Below are positions 52,817-62,603 of a stretch of DNA of 64,000 nt, in pieces. Under the pieces are notes generated by a model. That model did no database searches, had not been told where the DNA came from, and saw nothing but the letters and a program-made list of their open reading frames with translations. The translations under genes and the position numbers were made by a program. Position 1 is the first letter of the stretch; each line of letters opens with the position of its first letter. Origin of the DNA: a virus (taxonomy: Duplodnaviria > Heunggongvirae > Uroviricota > Caudoviricetes); the IMG/VR virus record IMGVR_UViG_3300048865_000005, one strand, 5' to 3'.

Positions 52817-53182
52817 TTACGAAGACGTATTTATTGTTATTGTGTCTGTCTCGTCACCTGAAGTTACTTTTACCTTAAACTCCAAAGAGTATCCTCTACC
52901 CTCAAAAGTAGAGGAGAACGAAGTAATTTCCGAAACACCTTTTTCTTCTAATATCTTTTCTTGGAAGATATTATCAATAGCGCTCTTCGATACCTTACGC
53001 CCTAAAATTCTTTGCCAGTATGGAATTCCGTATTCAGTATCTAGAAACCATTCACCGCGAAATGTTTTAAGTTTTATAAGTAAACGTTGAGCTACTGCTT
53101 CAGTACGATTTGATGTGACCGGACAAGAACCATTTACGAAGACAATATCGTGATTGTCACCAAGTAGAATATCCATGAGCAC
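52817..53182 (-). CDS. baseplate protein gpW / gp25-like
   Basis: 121 aa with TFRGEWFLDTEYGIPYW (compare T4 gp25 TRKGSRPFDPEFGCDL). Confidence 0.65.
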   Translation of the reverse strand: MLMDILLGDNHDIVFVNGSCPVTSNRTEAVAQRLLIKLKTFRGEWFLDTEYGIPYWQRILGRKVSKSAIDNIFQEKILEEKGVSEITSFSSTFEGRGYSLEFKVKVTSGDETDTITINTSS

Positions 53183-53194
53183 CCATTATTATTA

Positions 53195-53908
53195 TTATTT
53201 TGGTCCGCTTGTTGTAGCTGGGCCTGCTTGAACACCACCATGTACGTGAGTATTCATCTTGATACCATCAAGCGTATAAGTACCTGATTGACTAATATTA
53301 CCGTTCCAAGTGATATTTCCATTCCACGTAGTATTAGGAACGTTGAACGTCATAGACTCTGCGTTAATTTCAACACCTTGTTTAGTGTTGATAATCAAGT
53401 TTCCAGAATCTTTAAATCTTATCTCTACCTCTACACCTGTACCAACATTGTGTACAAGAACTGCATCTTTAGTTGTATGTGCCCATGTACGTTTAATAGG
53501 ATTGTTAATTGCATTCTGTGTAGGGAATAAGCCCGGAATAGCAATGCAATCACCCTTGTCAAACTTGGCGTTGTTTGCCGGAGGTGTAGGACGCCCACTT
53601 GATGATTTAAACGCATCCAAGTTCCGCATAGAGAAGACACCTAATACGGTATCTCCAACGTTTACAGGAAATGTAAATCCTGACGTAGATGACGCGGGAA
53701 AGATAACAGGGACACCGGGAATTACAGGTCGCTCTTTTACTGTACCATCAGTAAACTTCTGACTAATACACGGTTGAACGTCTACCATTTGTGTTGTTAG
53801 TGAATCCCGCACAGCGACAACAATACAAGGAATCGCTGTATAGAAGTTATTATGTTTACTATCTAAGAAGCTCTCAAGGACTTCTTGTAATCCCGGAGGC
53901 GACTTCAT
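53195..53908 (-). CDS. baseplate spike/assembly protein V-like
   Basis: 237 aa. C-terminal Gly-rich tip (MNTHVHGGVQAGPATTSGP). Position between the hub and W. Confidence 0.55.
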   Translation of the reverse strand: MKSPPGLQEVLESFLDSKHNNFYTAIPCIVVAVRDSLTTQMVDVQPCISQKFTDGTVKERPVIPGVPVIFPASSTSGFTFPVNVGDTVLGVFSMRNLDAFKSSSGRPTPPANNAKFDKGDCIAIPGLFPTQNAINNPIKRTWAHTTKDAVLVHNVGTGVEVEIRFKDSGNLIINTKQGVEINAESMTFNVPNTTWNGNITWNGNISQSGTYTLDGIKMNTHVHGGVQAGPATTSGPK

Positions 53909-54783
53909 TTCACTACCTTCTCAATTGCTGAGCATCTTAGCTCTGTGTACCAAGGAGTTGCCCGGAATCCACCTGTATGACGCAAAGCATCTACTTTGTA
54001 CCAACCGTCTAGTTGAGTATCTTCGAGCTTAATAATATCTCCTGCGATAATGTCAGGGTTAAGTAACATCTTCCATTGAATAGCTTGTTTCTTTTCGGGA
54101 GTTTTCTTAGAGAGCCTTCCGTAAGTCACTCGGTATGGAGCTTCAATCAGTCCTGTGTATTTAGAAACAACATAAGCTTGAGAGAAATTTTCTCTGTTAC
54201 CTCTGTCTGCATCGTGTACGTAGAGTGCGTCATCTTCAATTTGCCACTCAAGGTTATATTTATGAGATAGTTCGTCCAACATCTCTTTTGGTGTACCCAT
54301 CAACGGATACCCATAGATAATCGGACTGGATAAGTTAGTACCGTTATATAATCCACGAGAGACACCCGGTAGATTCTTTCGAATATCCTCTAGAACGTCT
54401 TTTACTGTTCTGCCGGGAGAAGTTAATTCACTCAAGACTTGATGATTAAGGCTTGTGTAGCCTGTACCCATCTGAATTTGTGTAACTCTATCTGTACGTT
54501 GTTTACGTGTTGTAACTAGATTGACTTGCCCTGAGAATAATTGCTTAATGCCAATATCGACATAACCAGCAGAGAAGTAAGCAGCAGGGAAGTCTGTATC
54601 TAATATCTTTAGAGATTCATCGCTTAGGTTGTAAATCTCAATTGCACAAGAGTTTGTTTCTTTCTTGTTGTCTGTGTTTTTACTAATATCGAAAGTAATC
54701 TGAAGGTTATTTATAAGTAGACCGTTACCAGATTTATAGTCTCCAACCCTCAGTTCGTATTTTCTGTTTTTTTGGAAAATCAT
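53905..54783 (-). CDS. baseplate hub protein candidate
   Basis: 292 aa, between the tape-measure-proximal genes and the spike. Synteny only. Confidence 0.4.
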   Translation of the reverse strand: MIFQKNRKYELRVGDYKSGNGLLINNLQITFDISKNTDNKKETNSCAIEIYNLSDESLKILDTDFPAAYFSAGYVDIGIKQLFSGQVNLVTTRKQRTDRVTQIQMGTGYTSLNHQVLSELTSPGRTVKDVLEDIRKNLPGVSRGLYNGTNLSSPIIYGYPLMGTPKEMLDELSHKYNLEWQIEDDALYVHDADRGNRENFSQAYVVSKYTGLIEAPYRVTYGRLSKKTPEKKQAIQWKMLLNPDIIAGDIIKLEDTQLDGWYKVDALRHTGGFRATPWYTELRCSAIEKVVK

Positions 54784-54805
54784 AAATAACCTTAGATTCT
54801 TATTC

Positions 54806-55138
54806 TTATTTTGTTTCGTAGTAGTACGCGAATGTGTAGTACTGATTAATCTTGTCAGGGTAAGTCTTATATGGCTGAACGTTTGTGTTTGCTACGTTGG
54901 AAAGCCAAAAGAACCCACTAAGGTTCTTGATGTTGTAGTTACTGAGTATTGGATATTCTGGAACTACTGCTTCACATTGAACGAGTGGCTTGCCTTCTGA
55001 GTCGTAAAGATACAGAAAATATAACTTGGCTCTTTCATTGTAGATAAACTGTAAGGTATAAGAGTTACCTTCAAGACTAACTGTGTACTTATAATTTGCA
55101 TCCGAGTACAACGGCAAAGATACGTAGCTGATTTTCAT
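54806..55138 (-). CDS. tail/baseplate protein (unknown)
   Basis: 110-aa Tyr-rich ORF. Confidence 0.4.
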   Translation of the reverse strand: MKISYVSLPLYSDANYKYTVSLEGNSYTLQFIYNERAKLYFLYLYDSEGKPLVQCEAVVPEYPILSNYNIKNLSGFFWLSNVANTNVQPYKTYPDKINQYYTFAYYYETK

Positions 55139-55932
55139 CTTGCCCTCTTAGCTTTTAATTCTTCTTCTACGTGAGCAGTATTCCTTTTAGGATCGATATC
55201 GTCTGGAACTTCTTCTTCTTGAACAGTACTATCTGTTTTGCCTTTTTCTGAAACAGAAGATGCAGATTTTTTAGTACTGGAACCAACACTCTTTGGAATA
55301 TCTTCTTTCTTCAGATAAGCGAAAGTTACTTGTTCAAAACTGATTGTGAACTGAAGTAGATATCCAGTATCAGGAGTTTCTTGGAATGAAACTGAAGTGA
55401 CTACGAGATTAGGACGAGCTTTTATGAGGCTTCCACCGTCATATTCAAAGAGCTTTACAAGCTGAACATTGCTATCAAACTGACCTGTATTTTCGTTGTA
55501 CTTAGTACCAGAAACTAAATCGATAAATTGGTCTCTGATAGATTCCATATCAAAAGCGCGTCTTGGTTCTGTAGTTACTTCTACCGTAGGGTCAGAAAGG
55601 AACTGTGAAACGCTATCTGGCAATAAACCACCAAGCAAAGATGTTTTGCCAGTGTTGATATCTACCCTTCGAGTAGGCTTATTGATATTGGTAGGGGACC
55701 GGCCTTCTTCATCAGCGATTAGATACGAGCCGTGAGTAATGTCCGCACCTGTCATAACACCGGAAACTGTAAACTTAGGATTGTCCTTGAAGAAGTGGTC
55801 CGTAATAGAACCACCTGCATCTATTGGATGTTTAGTTACTTGTCCCGTATATGATTGTGTGTAGTTAGTTACAGCATCGAAATAAAGAAAGCCTCCCGTT
55901 GTTTCATCGCCCCAACGTAAGGCTAACGACAT
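55135..55932 (-). CDS. tail protein downstream of the tape measure (distal tail/DNA-circulation-like position)
   Basis: 265 aa. Synteny only. Confidence 0.4.
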   Translation of the reverse strand: MSLALRWGDETTGGFLYFDAVTNYTQSYTGQVTKHPIDAGGSITDHFFKDNPKFTVSGVMTGADITHGSYLIADEEGRSPTNINKPTRRVDINTGKTSLLGGLLPDSVSQFLSDPTVEVTTEPRRAFDMESIRDQFIDLVSGTKYNENTGQFDSNVQLVKLFEYDGGSLIKARPNLVVTSVSFQETPDTGYLLQFTISFEQVTFAYLKKEDIPKSVGSSTKKSASSVSEKGKTDSTVQEEEVPDDIDPKRNTAHVEEELKAKRAR

Positions 55933-55934
55933 AT

Positions 55935-58385
55935 TTAACTTCCTTTTGGTACTGATTGGAGAATTGCTTTAGAGAAGATATCGCCAAGATGCTGTTCAAA
56001 CTGTGCCTTAAATCCGTCAAAGTTCTCTGATGTGATATGAGCACTAACATCTACATTGATCTTCATCTCTCCCGGTTGCGGAGCAATTTGGTATTGATTC
56101 AAAGAGCCATACAGGGTAAGCATGTCTTGAGAAGTTAGTCCTACCGGAGCAGGAGCAGGATTGCCACCATCAGGCGCATACAATCTCATCGAGCTTTCGG
56201 TAGAGCCTTTGGCTGTGTATCGGCGTCTAGCTTCAATGGCTTCACGATCTAACCTAGCCGCAAAAGCGTTGTCAGCTAGAGTCTTATCGTTACCAGTGTT
56301 CATGTCGAAGGGAGCATTTAAGACAGGATCGGTAATTATCCTAGTACCTTCAATCTCCTTGCCTGCAAATGGTGTAGATTTGCTGAGGCGACTATTGAAC
56401 CATTCCAGACCACTCTTAAACGGTGCAGAACCCATTACGGCGTTAGCACCGCCCCTACCATAACTGGTTATGTAGTTGATGTAGTGTTTACCACCAGCTA
56501 CAGCCATGTCTCCCGCGTCTTTATACCTACCTTCTACAAAAGCGTTCATAGCTCCTGCACCGTTGCGGATAGAAGAGAGAACTTGGTTCATCTTTTCCAT
56601 AACGGTATTCTTATCGAAAATATCAAGAAGCTCAGACCAGCCAGTCTTAATATTGCCGACCAATCCTTTAATCTCTTCTAAACTTCCTTTAAAGTTCTCT
56701 AGGAATTCGAAAGCTTTTTGCTTATCTTCTTCAGTAGGAAATAACTTATCGCCAAGATAACTATCACGTCCTTGGAAGAAACGTTGAATAGATTGGAAAC
56801 TTAGTAAGGCATCTTCAGCGTACTTAGTGGTTTCATTAAATGCATTAGCCAACCACTCTACTTGTGGACCTGATTCGCGTACCGAAGCATTTAGTGTTCT
56901 AAATATACGGGCAAAACCCTCTTCGACACCACGAGAACTAGCAAACTCTGACATATCGCTAAGTGCGTTCTGAAAGCGAGCCTCTTCAGATTGTGAGGTA
57001 TGTGCAGCATGTTCTAACGTCCCTTTGGAACGCTCATGCATAATATCGGCAACATGAGGCATAATGTCTTTAGTCATTACGTTGCCTTTCTGCATCGCAT
57101 CTGCTAATTCTTTAGCTGCTTCCGCACCGACTTTACCGCCACCCTTACCGGATTTTGCTAAGTACCGTTGCCAAGCTAGAGCGAAAATATCTTTTGCTCC
57201 CGGCAAACTGTTTGCTAGCTGTTTAGTAAGTTCTTCAGCTTGTACTTTCTGCTTACCGTACATCTGCGAAATTGCGTTATAAACAAGCTTCTGTCTCGCT
57301 GAACTTACGTGCATTACACGAGAGTATTCCGACAATGCAGAAAACTCTTTCAGACTCTGTTGGGTAGTGTTACCTACACCATAAGAGTTGGACATGAACG
57401 TGTTGAAGTCATTTGCGTTATCAAGGTAGTTGAAACCGATTCGATCACCTTGCTTCTTCAACCAATTAAAGTTGTCATTCCCTGTCTGGACGCCATGACC
57501 GGCAGCATCAGCTACCGCTTGAGATGTTAAGCGTGCAGACTGTACTTCCTGATTCTTCTTGTTAAGCTCAGATAGTCCGTAACCACCTAGTGCCAGAGCA
57601 ACAGCTTTATGGTAGAAACCACCACCAAATAAACCACCATGACTACCTAAACTGTGAGCAGCCCTTTGAGCTGATTTCTCGCTACGTAGCTTGAGCATCC
57701 GTTCTGCATGTGCAAACTGTGCCTTCTGACGCTCCGCAAACATCGCGGATTGCTTTTCCCTATCTAGGTTCTCTAGCTTACGTCTACGGTCCCATTCGGC
57801 ACCGGAGATTCCGCCAATCCCACCACCTATACCAAGTCTGTTGTTTGCGCGTAGGGCAGCATTTAAAGCACCCTGATTAACCTTGAACTTAGCTAACTCA
57901 AAAACCGTAGCACGGCTAGCTACGTCTAATGCATGGCCGATGTGGGCATTGAATTCGCGTTGATCTATACGCACATGCCCAAGTTTCAGTGTCGCGGAAG
58001 AGCCAACACCAGCAAGAGCAATCTTGAGCGCTCTTTGAAGGTCTCTGTAGTCTGCCGTGAAGCGACCGACTTTGAACGACAACTCACGTGAAGCAGAATT
58101 AAGAGCGTGCTCTACGGTTCCTTTAACCTGCTTTTGATCTACTTTGAAATTCTTGACGTGGACTGTTAATGTTTCAGAGAGCTTCTTTGTCGAAGCCTCT
58201 ACAGCCGTCTTTAGAGCCTTATTATCTACACTAAACCGCTGAATCTTTAACGAAGGAATCTTCAGGTTATCAGCGGCTTTCTTTAGCTTAGCTTGTAATT
58301 GTTTAAGAGCAGCATCGACTTTAGCTACTTCAGCTTTGTTAATCTCATAGCCGACTGATACCGTATATTTAGCGATTTGTGTCAT
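55935..58385 (-). CDS. tail tape measure protein
   Basis: 816 aa, Ala/Gly/Lys/Gln-rich with long predicted helices. Sits directly after the chaperone pair and before the baseplate genes. Confidence 0.8.
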   Translation of the reverse strand: MTQIAKYTVSVGYEINKAEVAKVDAALKQLQAKLKKAADNLKIPSLKIQRFSVDNKALKTAVEASTKKLSETLTVHVKNFKVDQKQVKGTVEHALNSASRELSFKVGRFTADYRDLQRALKIALAGVGSSATLKLGHVRIDQREFNAHIGHALDVASRATVFELAKFKVNQGALNAALRANNRLGIGGGIGGISGAEWDRRRKLENLDREKQSAMFAERQKAQFAHAERMLKLRSEKSAQRAAHSLGSHGGLFGGGFYHKAVALALGGYGLSELNKKNQEVQSARLTSQAVADAAGHGVQTGNDNFNWLKKQGDRIGFNYLDNANDFNTFMSNSYGVGNTTQQSLKEFSALSEYSRVMHVSSARQKLVYNAISQMYGKQKVQAEELTKQLANSLPGAKDIFALAWQRYLAKSGKGGGKVGAEAAKELADAMQKGNVMTKDIMPHVADIMHERSKGTLEHAAHTSQSEEARFQNALSDMSEFASSRGVEEGFARIFRTLNASVRESGPQVEWLANAFNETTKYAEDALLSFQSIQRFFQGRDSYLGDKLFPTEEDKQKAFEFLENFKGSLEEIKGLVGNIKTGWSELLDIFDKNTVMEKMNQVLSSIRNGAGAMNAFVEGRYKDAGDMAVAGGKHYINYITSYGRGGANAVMGSAPFKSGLEWFNSRLSKSTPFAGKEIEGTRIITDPVLNAPFDMNTGNDKTLADNAFAARLDREAIEARRRYTAKGSTESSMRLYAPDGGNPAPAPVGLTSQDMLTLYGSLNQYQIAPQPGEMKINVDVSAHITSENFDGFKAQFEQHLGDIFSKAILQSVPKGS

Positions 58386-58397
58386 GAGTCAGACGCC

Positions 58398-58954
58398 TTA
58401 CTTATTATTTTTATTTTCTTCGATAGCCCTCTTTCGGGCAGATTCTTTGTATGTATCGTGTGCATCCATGACTTCAATCATGTCGTACAAATCAGATATC
58501 GTATATTTGGTTCGCATGTCTGAGAGAAGATGGATACCGCCTAACTCATGTGTTGCTACTCTGTACAGCATCCAGTTTTGAGAAAACTCTTCTTGTACTT
58601 TCTTTTCTGCCGTTGAGACAGTTGGTACAGCGTCAGGATTTACTCTGTCTCGTCTGTACCGCTTTCGGTAAAAACATCTTCAAAGTTGTATTTAACTACC
58701 TCTTGAGCAAGCTTATTCAAATGACGAGTGCGACGGGCAAAGATAATGTCAAACGATGCAGGAGTAATCTGCTTATTGTCTTTGGAGACAGTACCGCAAA
58801 TAAGTTTTTTCAGAGTTTCATTCGAGAGTTTGAAATCGGATTCCAACAGTTCTTCTTGCAGAACCAAAGCATCAGTAGCACCCAATGCAGTAATCAGATA
58901 TTCGTCTTCACCAACTGTAATTGTCTCTTGGGGTAGAACTTGAATTTTAGCCAT
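58398..58954 (-). CDS. tail assembly chaperone G-T fusion candidate via -1 programmed frameshift (extension in -1 frame from ~58670 down to 58398)
   Basis: After the G ORF stop (58640), the -1 frame is open for ~90 codons down to a TAA at 58398-58400, just before the tape-measure ATG. U-rich slip candidate GAUGUUUUUACC at ~58666-58678. Confidence 0.4.
58640..58954 (-). CDS. tail assembly chaperone (gpG-like)
   Basis: 104 aa, acidic. Immediately upstream of the tape measure gene. Confidence 0.6.
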   Translation of the reverse strand: MAKIQVLPQETITVGEDEYLITALGATDALVLQEELLESDFKLSNETLKKLICGTVSKDNKQITPASFDIIFARRTRHLNKLAQEVVKYNFEDVFTESGTDETE

Positions 58955-58979
58955 TTTTAATCCTCAATTTTTATTATTC

Positions 58980-59516
58980 TTATTTAAAGATACTGCTAGC
59001 AGTATCTATAATGGAGCTTGTAGTGCGAGATATCCCATTAACAATACTGTCGAATACACCTGTACTCGGTCTGACGTTATCACCAACTACGAAGTCTGTA
59101 GTTGTCTGACAGAAGAACCGCCAAGTACGATATTCAAAACCGCCTGAGAAAGATGTTTCGGGGTAGCCGACAATATAAGCTTCACTTGATTGAAACCTAC
59201 TGTTTCCTGAATTATCTTTAAGCAGTAAATCTAGTCTTGCAGTACCGTTGGAACTATCAGCTTCTAAGATCGATGAGAGTACCAAGTTACTAAGGGATGT
59301 TTGTACTAATGAGATTGCAAGATTTGCAGAAGAGTCTAGAGTCTCAGCACGAGCATGTTTTCCTCTAATGCCGCGTATTGGTCTAAATACTTGAGAACTT
59401 CTTGCGATTGTTATTTTGTCCCAGCCTGTAAGTGTGTATCCACTAATGACCAACTTCACATCGCTAGGAGAGTATGTGTTAATTGTGTTTGCGTTAGCCA
59501 TTGGAGAAGATACCAT
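58980..59516 (-). CDS. tail tube-like protein, tandem paralog 3
   Basis: LLKDNSGNSRFQSSEAYIVGYPETSFSGGFEYRTWRF aligns with the two upstream paralogs. Confidence 0.5.
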   Translation of the reverse strand: MVSSPMANANTINTYSPSDVKLVISGYTLTGWDKITIARSSQVFRPIRGIRGKHARAETLDSSANLAISLVQTSLSNLVLSSILEADSSNGTARLDLLLKDNSGNSRFQSSEAYIVGYPETSFSGGFEYRTWRFFCQTTTDFVVGDNVRPSTGVFDSIVNGISRTTSSIIDTASSIFK

Positions 59517-60006
59517 TTAAAGAAGGCATGACAGATGTAGCCATGTTTGTTAGATCAGTAATGAGACCAGAAGCAGTTTCATTACTACCGACATTGATAG
59601 TCGCCTGAGAGCTTTTAAGTATCCATGTACGGCTTTCAAATTCGTTACTCTTAACAATCGCTGGAATATCTGTAATCCATGTTGTTGCAGAGAAAAATAA
59701 ATCTGTTCCGCTATTGTCTTTAATGAGCAAAGGGAATTTTGCAGCTTGGGTAATTTCGTCTAGTTGCCAGAGCTTAGTTAGAAAGTCGTTACTAGAGCTA
59801 CCACTATAAATGGTAATGCTTATGGTATAGCTTGAATCTTTGTCGTAGAGTCTTGCGATAGTTCCATCAGGAGTACGTACAGATTTATAAGGCTGTACAT
59901 CTTTGGAGATTTCAATGAACTTACCGTCAATAAACCCTTGTACTTTTAACATACCTGCTACAAGGCAGGTTACTTGCTCGGGAATATATGTTGCTAAAGT
60001 AGTCAT
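59494..60006 (-). CDS. tail tube-like protein, tandem paralog 2
   Basis: LLIKDNSGTDLFFSATTWITDIPAIVKSNEFESRTWIL. Confidence 0.5.
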   Translation of the reverse strand: MTTLATYIPEQVTCLVAGMLKVQGFIDGKFIEISKDVQPYKSVRTPDGTIARLYDKDSSYTISITIYSGSSSNDFLTKLWQLDEITQAAKFPLLIKDNSGTDLFFSATTWITDIPAIVKSNEFESRTWILKSSQATINVGSNETASGLITDLTNMATSVMPSLNGIFSNG

Positions 60007-60056
60007 ACTCTCTCCTTTTAAGAGGAGGGGCTTACGCCCCTCTATTTACAGGAGGT

Positions 60057-60578
60057 TTACGCCTTCCATTTTTCATCTACGTCAACACCAAGTACAGACA
60101 ATACGCTTACTGCGGCTTCGTCCATCGGAGTGTTACCGCCTACTGTAGATTGGAGGCTAACTGCGGAGATAGTCCAAGCACGTGTTTCAGCAGTGGTAGC
60201 GAAAGTAGTGTCAGGAACTTTAGCGATGAACGCTTGACTTGCAGAGAAAAGTGTCTGACCAGACAAATCTTTAAGAGTCATAGCAAACACATACTTGTTA
60301 CCGTTATCTTCTTCGTCTGCCCGTTGAATAGCCTGAAGAACTGTATTCGATGGGCTAAACTGGTGAAGAGTTACATCGATATTGCTTGATTTGTTACGTC
60401 GCTTAACACGACCGGCTGACAGATCAGCACCGACATATAATTCAGAAGCAGGAGTTTGACGAGTTACAGTAATGAAAGTACCATCAGCAAAACCTGAAAC
60501 TGTATGAACGAACTCGCTATTAGAGAGTACAAGCACTACAGCCTCGGGACTGTATGTACCTAAAAGTGCATCGGACAT
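60057..60578 (-). CDS. tail tube-like protein, tandem paralog 1 (likely the major tube protein, next to the sheath)
   Basis: MTLKDLSGQTLFSASQAFIAKVPDTTFATTAETRAWTI. N-terminal YSPEAVVLVLS motif shared with the paralogs. Confidence 0.5.
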   Translation of the reverse strand: MSDALLGTYSPEAVVLVLSNSEFVHTVSGFADGTFITVTRQTPASELYVGADLSAGRVKRRNKSSNIDVTLHQFSPSNTVLQAIQRADEEDNGNKYVFAMTLKDLSGQTLFSASQAFIAKVPDTTFATTAETRAWTISAVSLQSTVGGNTPMDEAAVSVLSVLGVDVDEKWKA

Positions 60579-60619
60579 TAGTTATGTTCCTATTTTTATT
60601 ATTGTGAATGCCCGTCTGA

Positions 60620-61648
60620 TTAAACGGTAAGTGTTCCTTCAATACCAACTTTACGCATACTGCCAGCAAGACGAGCTTTGAACTTAAAGCCAGTAGCGAT
60701 ACGCTTAGCACGGTTGTTCATGCCGATTTGAGCCAAAGTAGGTACGCTAACTGTCCAACCCTTAGCAATCAGTTTGTTGGCTTCAGCAGTAGCTAAAACA
60801 GCACGGATTTCATTTTCGATAATTACTAGACCGTCTTCTGTCATATCGATTTTCAAACTATTGATATAACGACCGAAGATTTGTTCTTGCAGACGAGCAT
60901 ATAGCCAGTCAATACCAATTACTTCGTCAATAGGAGTACCATCAAACATATTCCCGTCTTGGAATACATTAACTCCACCGACTTCCGTATACATGTTCCA
61001 GTTCTTAGAACGAAGGTTAGTGCGTGCAGTGTCGTCTATGAAGGAAACAGTAGCACCAGTGCCGCGTTTGAAGTCCCAATCGTTCGAACCCGGCGTATAA
61101 CCAAGTTGGCTACCAATCCACACAGCCTCGGGATATTCAGCATCAGCCGTAGGCAGATAAACACCAAATGTCCGGCCTGCACTCTTGGCTTTCAGCTTCG
61201 CACCGATATCTGTATTTGCAGTAGTGATACAAGCCTTCTCTTGCGAGCTAATGCCCATGATTCTACGACGAGCACCTACAGCGTCACTCAGAGCTTCTTG
61301 AGCAGCAGCATCGTGTGTAGCAGCAACAAGGGCATACCACTTACTATTTGAGCTGTTTACAGCAGCTAGAGCGTCTACCCATGATTCAGCAGCTTCTTTA
61401 CGTCCGACGATAATCTCAGGAGGGACGGAACCGTTAAGCTTCTGACCGAAGAGTTGTGTAGCAAGTTTGTGTACTACATCAGAACTGGCAAAGTCTGCTT
61501 CAACCGCATCAAGGTCTGAATAAATACGAGTACGTTCAGTGAACTTAGTAGTTTCAGCAAGAATCAATGGAATATTGAAAGCGGCTGTACCGACAGCGGT
61601 AGATTCACGAGAGATTGTAATACTTACAATACTGTCTAATTCTGCCAT
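60620..61648 (-). CDS. tail sheath protein (short form) candidate
   Basis: 342 aa, upstream of the tube paralogs. N-terminus ITISRESTAVGTAAFNIPLIL resembles the P2 FI sheath N-terminus (VISTVSTAIVG...PL..PVLI). Alternative: major capsid. Confidence 0.45.
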   Translation of the reverse strand: MAELDSIVSITISRESTAVGTAAFNIPLILAETTKFTERTRIYSDLDAVEADFASSDVVHKLATQLFGQKLNGSVPPEIIVGRKEAAESWVDALAAVNSSNSKWYALVAATHDAAAQEALSDAVGARRRIMGISSQEKACITTANTDIGAKLKAKSAGRTFGVYLPTADAEYPEAVWIGSQLGYTPGSNDWDFKRGTGATVSFIDDTARTNLRSKNWNMYTEVGGVNVFQDGNMFDGTPIDEVIGIDWLYARLQEQIFGRYINSLKIDMTEDGLVIIENEIRAVLATAEANKLIAKGWTVSVPTLAQIGMNNRAKRIATGFKFKARLAGSMRKVGIEGTLTV

Positions 61649-61677
61649 TTTTATTATTATCCTGTTATTGTTATTAT

Positions 61678-62214
61678 TTAGTGTGTCAAATCAAAGGTAT
61701 AAATCTTTCCGGTAAGCTCATCAGTGAGTTCAACGGAATCAATAACATCAACAATTTGTTGTGTATTGACTAGGTAGGAGAACGTAACAGTAATGTTATG
61801 ACTATCAATCCACTGTGTTTCTCTTTTTTGGGGTATATGGGTAATATTATTTTTCCGCATAAATCCCAACTTGTTCTTTCTATATGTTTCACTCGAAGCA
61901 GGAGTGTTTCCAACTCTGTTTTGGAAACTATATGCAATATCTCCGCTACCACTACCAATGAATGTGAAACGAACATCAACCTCATACATAGATTGTATGG
62001 TTAGTTCGTTTGCCTTATTTGATAATGTAGATCGGTAGGATTGGGATAGTTGGTCTATATCTCTAATCTCAATTACTGCATATGTCTCAGCAGGTTCTTT
62101 ACCGTTAGAGTTAGAGAAAATAACAGGAGCAGTTTTAGGATTAGGGAAGAAATCTCTTAATACTTCACACGTACCGCTCCTGATTGCTGTACGCAAATCA
62201 GAATATATACTCAT
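61678..62214 (-). CDS. head-tail joining / tail completion protein candidate
   Basis: 178 aa, between the capsid-proximal genes and the sheath. Confidence 0.4.
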   Translation of the reverse strand: MSIYSDLRTAIRSGTCEVLRDFFPNPKTAPVIFSNSNGKEPAETYAVIEIRDIDQLSQSYRSTLSNKANELTIQSMYEVDVRFTFIGSGSGDIAYSFQNRVGNTPASSETYRKNKLGFMRKNNITHIPQKRETQWIDSHNITVTFSYLVNTQQIVDVIDSVELTDELTGKIYTFDLTH

Positions 62215-62222
62215 ACAGCCTC

Positions 62223-62603
62223 TCAGTTAGGAGTAAGCTCTATACGTACCGCTAGGGATGAGTAGTGGTCTAAGTTGCCCATTGCAAAGTTTCTGACTTG
62301 CATAACTTTGAATCTATCGCCTTGCCACTCGAACTCATCAGCTTCCCAACCGTTATTACCTTCTCTGTCTTCCCTTACTTCTTCCTCTGTAATCAGCTTC
62401 ATCCACTTCTTAGTGCGTAAGCTTTCAGGAAACATTTTTGTCTCGGAATATTTGAGAGGTTGTACGTTAGCTTTTATTGTTAATGTTTGGTCTGCATCAG
62501 CTTCTACCCATTCACCATCAGAGTAATAGCCGTCTGAAGACTTACGGAAGATAGGTAGTTGGACAGTACCGATTCTGAAGAACTTAGGTCTGCTTTTAAT
62601 CAT
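62223..62603 (-). CDS. head-tail joining protein candidate
   Basis: 126 aa. Synteny. Confidence 0.4.
   Translation of the reverse strand: MIKSRPKFFRIGTVQLPIFRKSSDGYYSDGEWVEADADQTLTIKANVQPLKYSETKMFPESLRTKKWMKLITEEEVREDREGNNGWEADEFEWQGDRFKVMQVRNFAMGNLDHYSSLAVRIELTPN

Noticed and set aside
48047-61351. Many plus-strand ORFs inside the late structural genes (48047-48436, 51479-51778, 53310-53762, 56161-56463, 57064-57282, 58550-58936, 60959-61351 and others)
   Set aside because: All are antisense shadows of long minus-strand structural genes with clear synteny. None has a credible start signal.
60620-61648. Calling the 342-aa protein the major capsid protein
   Set aside because: Four small head-tail-type genes and a partial larger ORF lie upstream, and tube-like paralogs, chaperones and the tape measure lie downstream. 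That makes the sheath position more parsimonious. Kept as an alternative with reduced confidence.
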